Shown here: positions 60,587 to 64,000 of the stretch, piece by piece
How the letters are laid out: every line of letters begins with the position of its first letter
How positions within the stretch are numbered: position 1 is the stretch's first letter
Assembly: GCA_048390825.1 (NCBI GenBank)
Contig: DBGCYC010000052.1
Span: forward strand, 4,119-68,118
Direction of reading: 5' to 3'
Source: Candidatus Merdousia sp.
GTDB taxonomy: Bacteria > Verrucomicrobiota > Verrucomicrobiia > Opitutales > Intestinicryptomonadaceae
Length of the DNA stretch: 64,000 nucleotides
Translations under genes and position numbers: made by a program
Notes under the pieces: generated by a model
What the model was told of the DNA's origin: nothing
The model's database searches: none
What the model saw: the letters and a program-made list of their open reading frames with translations, nothing else

Positions 60587-62521
60587 ATGAATATAAAACA
60601 GATTGCGGCGGCGGCCCTCGCGGGCGCGGCTCTTTCCGGGGCGCGCGCCGAAGTGCCGGAACTCCTCGAAATCGTTCCGCAGGCGAAGGGGTACGAGCTC
60701 GTGTACAAATTCAATCCCGTCAAATACGCGGAAGAGGGGTATCTGGAAGACAACTCGGAGAACATTTCGGGCAAAGTCGTAAAAGTCGGCTACCTGCTCA
60801 AAACCACCGCGAAGGACGGCAAAAAGACGTGGGTTTTCGCCTCCTTCGACCCGTTCTCGCAGGATTTGTCCAAAATAGGCGTCCCGGACTACGGCTCGGG
60901 CACGATCCAGACATACGTGGACAACCTCGAAGTTTTCGGGAACGGCAAAGTCAAGACGGGGAAGTTCGAGAAGGGCAACATCGAATTTTGGCCGTTCAAC
61001 TACGGTGGTGCGAACAAGATGGATATCCCCAACGCGACGGGCGCGTTCGACTTCGGCGATTCCGCGGGAACCGACGGAGGGTACGGCTCCATGCAGGTTC
61101 ACAACTACCTTCAAAAAGAGACCGTTTTAGCTTTTAACAATTTCAACCAGAAGTCCCCCGACATCGGCATCGGCAACAATCCCGGTGGGCATCTCGACTG
61201 GACGTTCTCGAAGTCCGCGGAGGGCCTCTCCTCGGCGGAGATGTACGTCGTCGCCAAATTCGACGGCGCAAAGTTCTCGAAGAGCGCCCCGATAGACGCA
61301 AACAAGATAGATTTCCGGGGAACCTCCGACAAGCTCGACTACGCTCCCGGCGAGGAAATGACCTTCACTTTCACCGTCGATTTCGGCGGGCAGACCCCTC
61401 CGAAAAAACCCTATTCTTTCAGGTGGACCCGGACGGGGGACGACGGGGCGAGGGAGACCGGCGTCAGCGAAATCGAGCCCGGCAAGCCTGCGGTCGTCAA
61501 GACGAAGCTCGACAGGCCCGGTTTCGTGAGAATGGAGGCGACCCTGCTGAACCCGCGCGGCAGGCAGGTGGACAAGATCATCAAGGGAAAGAAGGAGCGC
61601 GTGTTCTTTGACGGCGGGGCCGGGGTTGAAATCTCCAAAATCTCCGGCGCAGTTTCCGAGCCCGCCGATTTCGACGCCTTTTGGGAAAAGCAGAAGGCGC
61701 GCCTGAAAGCCGTTCCCATGAAGTATAAAATGGAGAAGGTCAGCGCAGAGGGGGCAGATCCCGAAGTGTTCGCGGTGTCGGTGGACTGCGCGGGCCCGCG
61801 CCCCGTCACCGGGTATCTGACCATTCCCCGCGGTGCCGGCGAAAAATCCCTGCCCGCGCACGCCATGTACCACGGCTACGGGACGCGCGTCCAGAAAGCT
61901 CCGAAAGGCTGGGGTGGCGCGATACGCTTCGACGTGAACGCGCACGGCTACGACCTCGGCGCGGACAAGGCGTATTACGACGAATTTTTCAAGAACATAA
62001 AATCCAACGGCCAGATCTACGCGTTCGACCCGAAGCAGAATTCCAACCCTGAAGATGCGTATTTCAACGGAATGGTTCTGCGCCTCATGCGCTCGCTCGA
62101 GTTCCTGAAATCCCTGCCGCAGTGGGACGGGAAGAACCTGAAAGTTTCCGGCGGCAGCCAGGGCGGTTTGCAGACGATATGGGCGGCGGCGCTCGACCCT
62201 GACGTCACCGAGGCCGATTCGGGCATAACGTGGTGTTGCGACTTCGCCGGCCCGACAATAGGCAGGCTCGGCGGGTGGCGCCCCGCATACGTTCCGGCGC
62301 TGAACTACTACGACGCCATTAACCACGCCAAGCGCATAAAGTGCAATACCTTAATATCCCGCGCTGGACTCGGCGACTATACCTGTCCGCCGTCCGGCCT
62401 TGCCGCGCTCTACAACAACATAAAGGCGCCGAAGAAAATCCGCTGGGTGCAGGGTTCCACGCACGGGTTTACCCCGAAAAACCCCCAGCAGTGGATAATC
62501 CAAGACGGCTACGACAAATAA
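60587..62521 (+). CDS. Acetyl xylan esterase (CE7-like) with N-terminal accessory domain
   Basis: Signal peptide; EPADFDAFW, HGYG, GGSQGG nucleophile, D..CPP, H near C-terminus. Confidence 0.85.
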   Translation: MNIKQIAAAALAGAALSGARAEVPELLEIVPQAKGYELVYKFNPVKYAEEGYLEDNSENISGKVVKVGYLLKTTAKDGKKTWVFASFDPFSQDLSKIGVPDYGSGTIQTYVDNLEVFGNGKVKTGKFEKGNIEFWPFNYGGANKMDIPNATGAFDFGDSAGTDGGYGSMQVHNYLQKETVLAFNNFNQKSPDIGIGNNPGGHLDWTFSKSAEGLSSAEMYVVAKFDGAKFSKSAPIDANKIDFRGTSDKLDYAPGEEMTFTFTVDFGGQTPPKKPYSFRWTRTGDDGARETGVSEIEPGKPAVVKTKLDRPGFVRMEATLLNPRGRQVDKIIKGKKERVFFDGGAGVEISKISGAVSEPADFDAFWEKQKARLKAVPMKYKMEKVSAEGADPEVFAVSVDCAGPRPVTGYLTIPRGAGEKSLPAHAMYHGYGTRVQKAPKGWGGAIRFDVNAHGYDLGADKAYYDEFFKNIKSNGQIYAFDPKQNSNPEDAYFNGMVLRLMRSLEFLKSLPQWDGKNLKVSGGSQGGLQTIWAAALDPDVTEADSGITWCCDFAGPTIGRLGGWRPAYVPALNYYDAINHAKRIKCNTLISRAGLGDYTCPPSGLAALYNNIKAPKKIRWVQGSTHGFTPKNPQQWIIQDGYDK

Positions 62522-62543
62522 AAATATGCGAATAGGTTTCTGA

Positions 62544-62581
62544 AAAAATGGGGGCGAATCAAAAGATTCGCCCCCATTTTT
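62544..62581. terminator. Bidirectional-type terminator
   Basis: AAAAATGGGGGCGAATC-AAAA-GATTCGCCCCCATTTTT. Confidence 0.8.
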
Positions 62582-62594
62582 GCGCGTCTGCCAA

Positions 62595-62891
62595 GTGCGA
62601 GGCGCATTGCCATAGAATGGAGGCGCAACATAGAAGGGTGCGGCAGTGCCGCTTCCATAGAAGGGGGCGCAAGGTGCGCCGGCCATAGAAGGGGCAAGCC
62701 CCTTACGAAGATTGGCTGCGCCAATACTTCTATCCCCATTGTAAACCCCAACAAATAACGAACCTCCCATGAGAGGTTCGGGCGGCACGGGCCGGTGCGA
62801 GGCGCAGTGCCATAGAAGGGGGCAAGCCCCCTTACGCCCATTGCTCACGCAATAGGGCTATCCCCGTATAGATTTACGATTAGGCTATCCC
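62595..62891. repeat. Cluster of CATAGAA-anchored hairpin repeats (REP/BIME-like)
   Basis: CATAGAA at 62611, 62629, 62656, 62684, 62811; two ~56-nt units at 62682-62737 and 62809-62865. Confidence 0.7.
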
Positions 62892-62993
62892 TTTATAAAT
62901 ATATAAAAGGCGCGGCCGAAGCGTACTTGTGGTACGCGAGGGTGCGACTTGTTCCGAAGCAACGCAGCACCGCGCCAAAAGCATTCGCCAAAT

Positions 62994-63539
62994 CTATTTG
63001 TGGAGTCGCCCGGAGGTGTATGCGTCTTTCAACGCGGGGGATCCCTTTATGTCTCCCGCGTGCCACACTCCCAATCCCATTATGACCCCCTTCAGTTTCG
63101 GATTTTCAAGGCAGTCGAGAAATCCGTTCAGCGACGACACCACCCTCTCCATATTTTCGCGCTCGGAGTCCGCCGCCGTTATTATGAAGTAGAACTCCTT
63201 TCCGGACATTTTTTCGTAGTCTCCGCAGCACCTGTCTATCAGGGTCTTGAGCTGTGCGCTCATGGTGTAGAAGTAGGCCGGGGTTGCGAGGACTATGGCG
63301 TCTGCGGCAATCATAGACTCTATTACCTTCGCCGCGTCGTCCTTCTGCGGGCAGGGTTTGCGCAGCCTGCTGCACGTTTCGCAGCCCCTGCAGTATCCTA
63401 TTTTCAAGTCGGCCAAAAATATTTTTTCGGCCGAGTGGCCCGCGTCGAGCGCGCCCCTGACGAATTCGTCGCACAGGGTGTCGGAGTTTCCGTTGCGCCT
63501 CGGGCTCGAGGAGATTGCCAGAATTTTTTTGGATTTCAT
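62994..63539 (-). CDS. Iron-sulfur flavoprotein / flavodoxin family protein
   Basis: SSPRRNGNS, C.GC..C.....C..KDD, ATP.YFY...AQLK..IDR. Confidence 0.9.
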   Translation of the reverse strand: MKSKKILAISSSPRRNGNSDTLCDEFVRGALDAGHSAEKIFLADLKIGYCRGCETCSRLRKPCPQKDDAAKVIESMIAADAIVLATPAYFYTMSAQLKTLIDRCCGDYEKMSGKEFYFIITAADSERENMERVVSSLNGFLDCLENPKLKGVIMGLGVWHAGDIKGSPALKDAYTSGRLHK

Positions 63540-63558
63540 AGTATGCTTTTCGGGAAAA

Positions 63559-64000
63559 TTATCCCAATGATTTTTTCGCCCACGCGGCAATGTCGCGCCG
63601 CGCCGTGGCGCTCTTTACGGAGTCCCCCCAGAGCGCCATGCCCTCCGCTATTTCCGATTTCGGGCACGCCTTTTTCAGATCCGCCGGGAAGTTTCCCCAG
63701 CGGCTGCCCCTGTGGGTTATGAACGGCACTATGCGCCTGCCCGCAAGATTTCCCTCCGCGGCGAAAGTCCTCACGGGCGACGACATTGTCCCCCACCAGT
63801 TCGGCGTGCCCAGAAATACGACGCCGTATTTGGAGATGTCGGGGACGGATTTTAGCGGCGGCCTGTACTGCTCTTCGAGCTCGCGCCTGGCCTGCTTGAC
63901 GACGACGCCGTAGGTGTCCGGGTACTTTGTCTTGGGTTCGAGCTCGAACACGTCGGCGCCGGTCGCCTCCCCTATGGCGCGCGCGAATTCGCGCGTGTTT
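63559..64000 (-). CDS. Flavodoxin (5' end outside window)
   Basis: NTREFA..I...TGAD.FEL, VFLGTPNWWGT, PF.TH.GS. Confidence 0.85.
   Translation of the reverse strand, partial: NTREFARAIGEATGADVFELEPKTKYPDTYGVVVKQARRELEEQYRPPLKSVPDISKYGVVFLGTPNWWGTMSSPVRTFAAEGNLAGRRIVPFITHRGSRWGNFPADLKKACPKSEIAEGMALWGDSVKSATARRDIAAWAKKSLG

Noticed and set aside
62351..62848. Minus-strand ORFs with repeated PFYG/PSME peptides
   Set aside because: The peptide repeats are just the translation of the CATAGAAG DNA repeat, and the ORFs cross a terminator and the esterase 3' end
62595..62891. CRISPR array
   Set aside because: Repeats are short and irregularly spaced, with no constant repeat-spacer period and no cas genes in the window

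Overview
GC-rich bacterial chromosome window. Gene content and sequence style suggest a Verrucomicrobiota/Opitutales-like gut organism (inference). About 1-34 kb is housekeeping and carbohydrate-active core: udg, coaC-half, rsmE, a large LamG-GH2-like enzyme, thiS/thiF, nif3, aroQ, uvrD/pcrA, lysC, thrC, cimA, an NSS transporter, hemW, lptF/G, purD, two tandem GH paralogues and the NifU-like/GGGtGRT pair. About 34.2-45.2 kb is an AT-richer defence island ending at the 3' end of tmRNA: a decayed SNF2 helicase, an uncharacterised wHTH-PIN-like-2TM protein, type III mod, two long perfect palindromes, a RhuM-like/Doc toxin pair nested between mod and res, type III res, and small phage-like ORFs. 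Phage tail-gene debris lies on the other side of tmRNA. A czcCBA-type metal-efflux island follows tRNA-Leu(GAG). The end of the window carries DUF5131/HxlR/cupin, a GH5-uxuA-lactonase operon, a CE7 esterase, a cluster of covarying hairpin repeats and flavodoxins. The best candidate for an undescribed system is the type III R-M locus with embedded candidate effectors. All family calls come from motif recognition by eye, not database searches.
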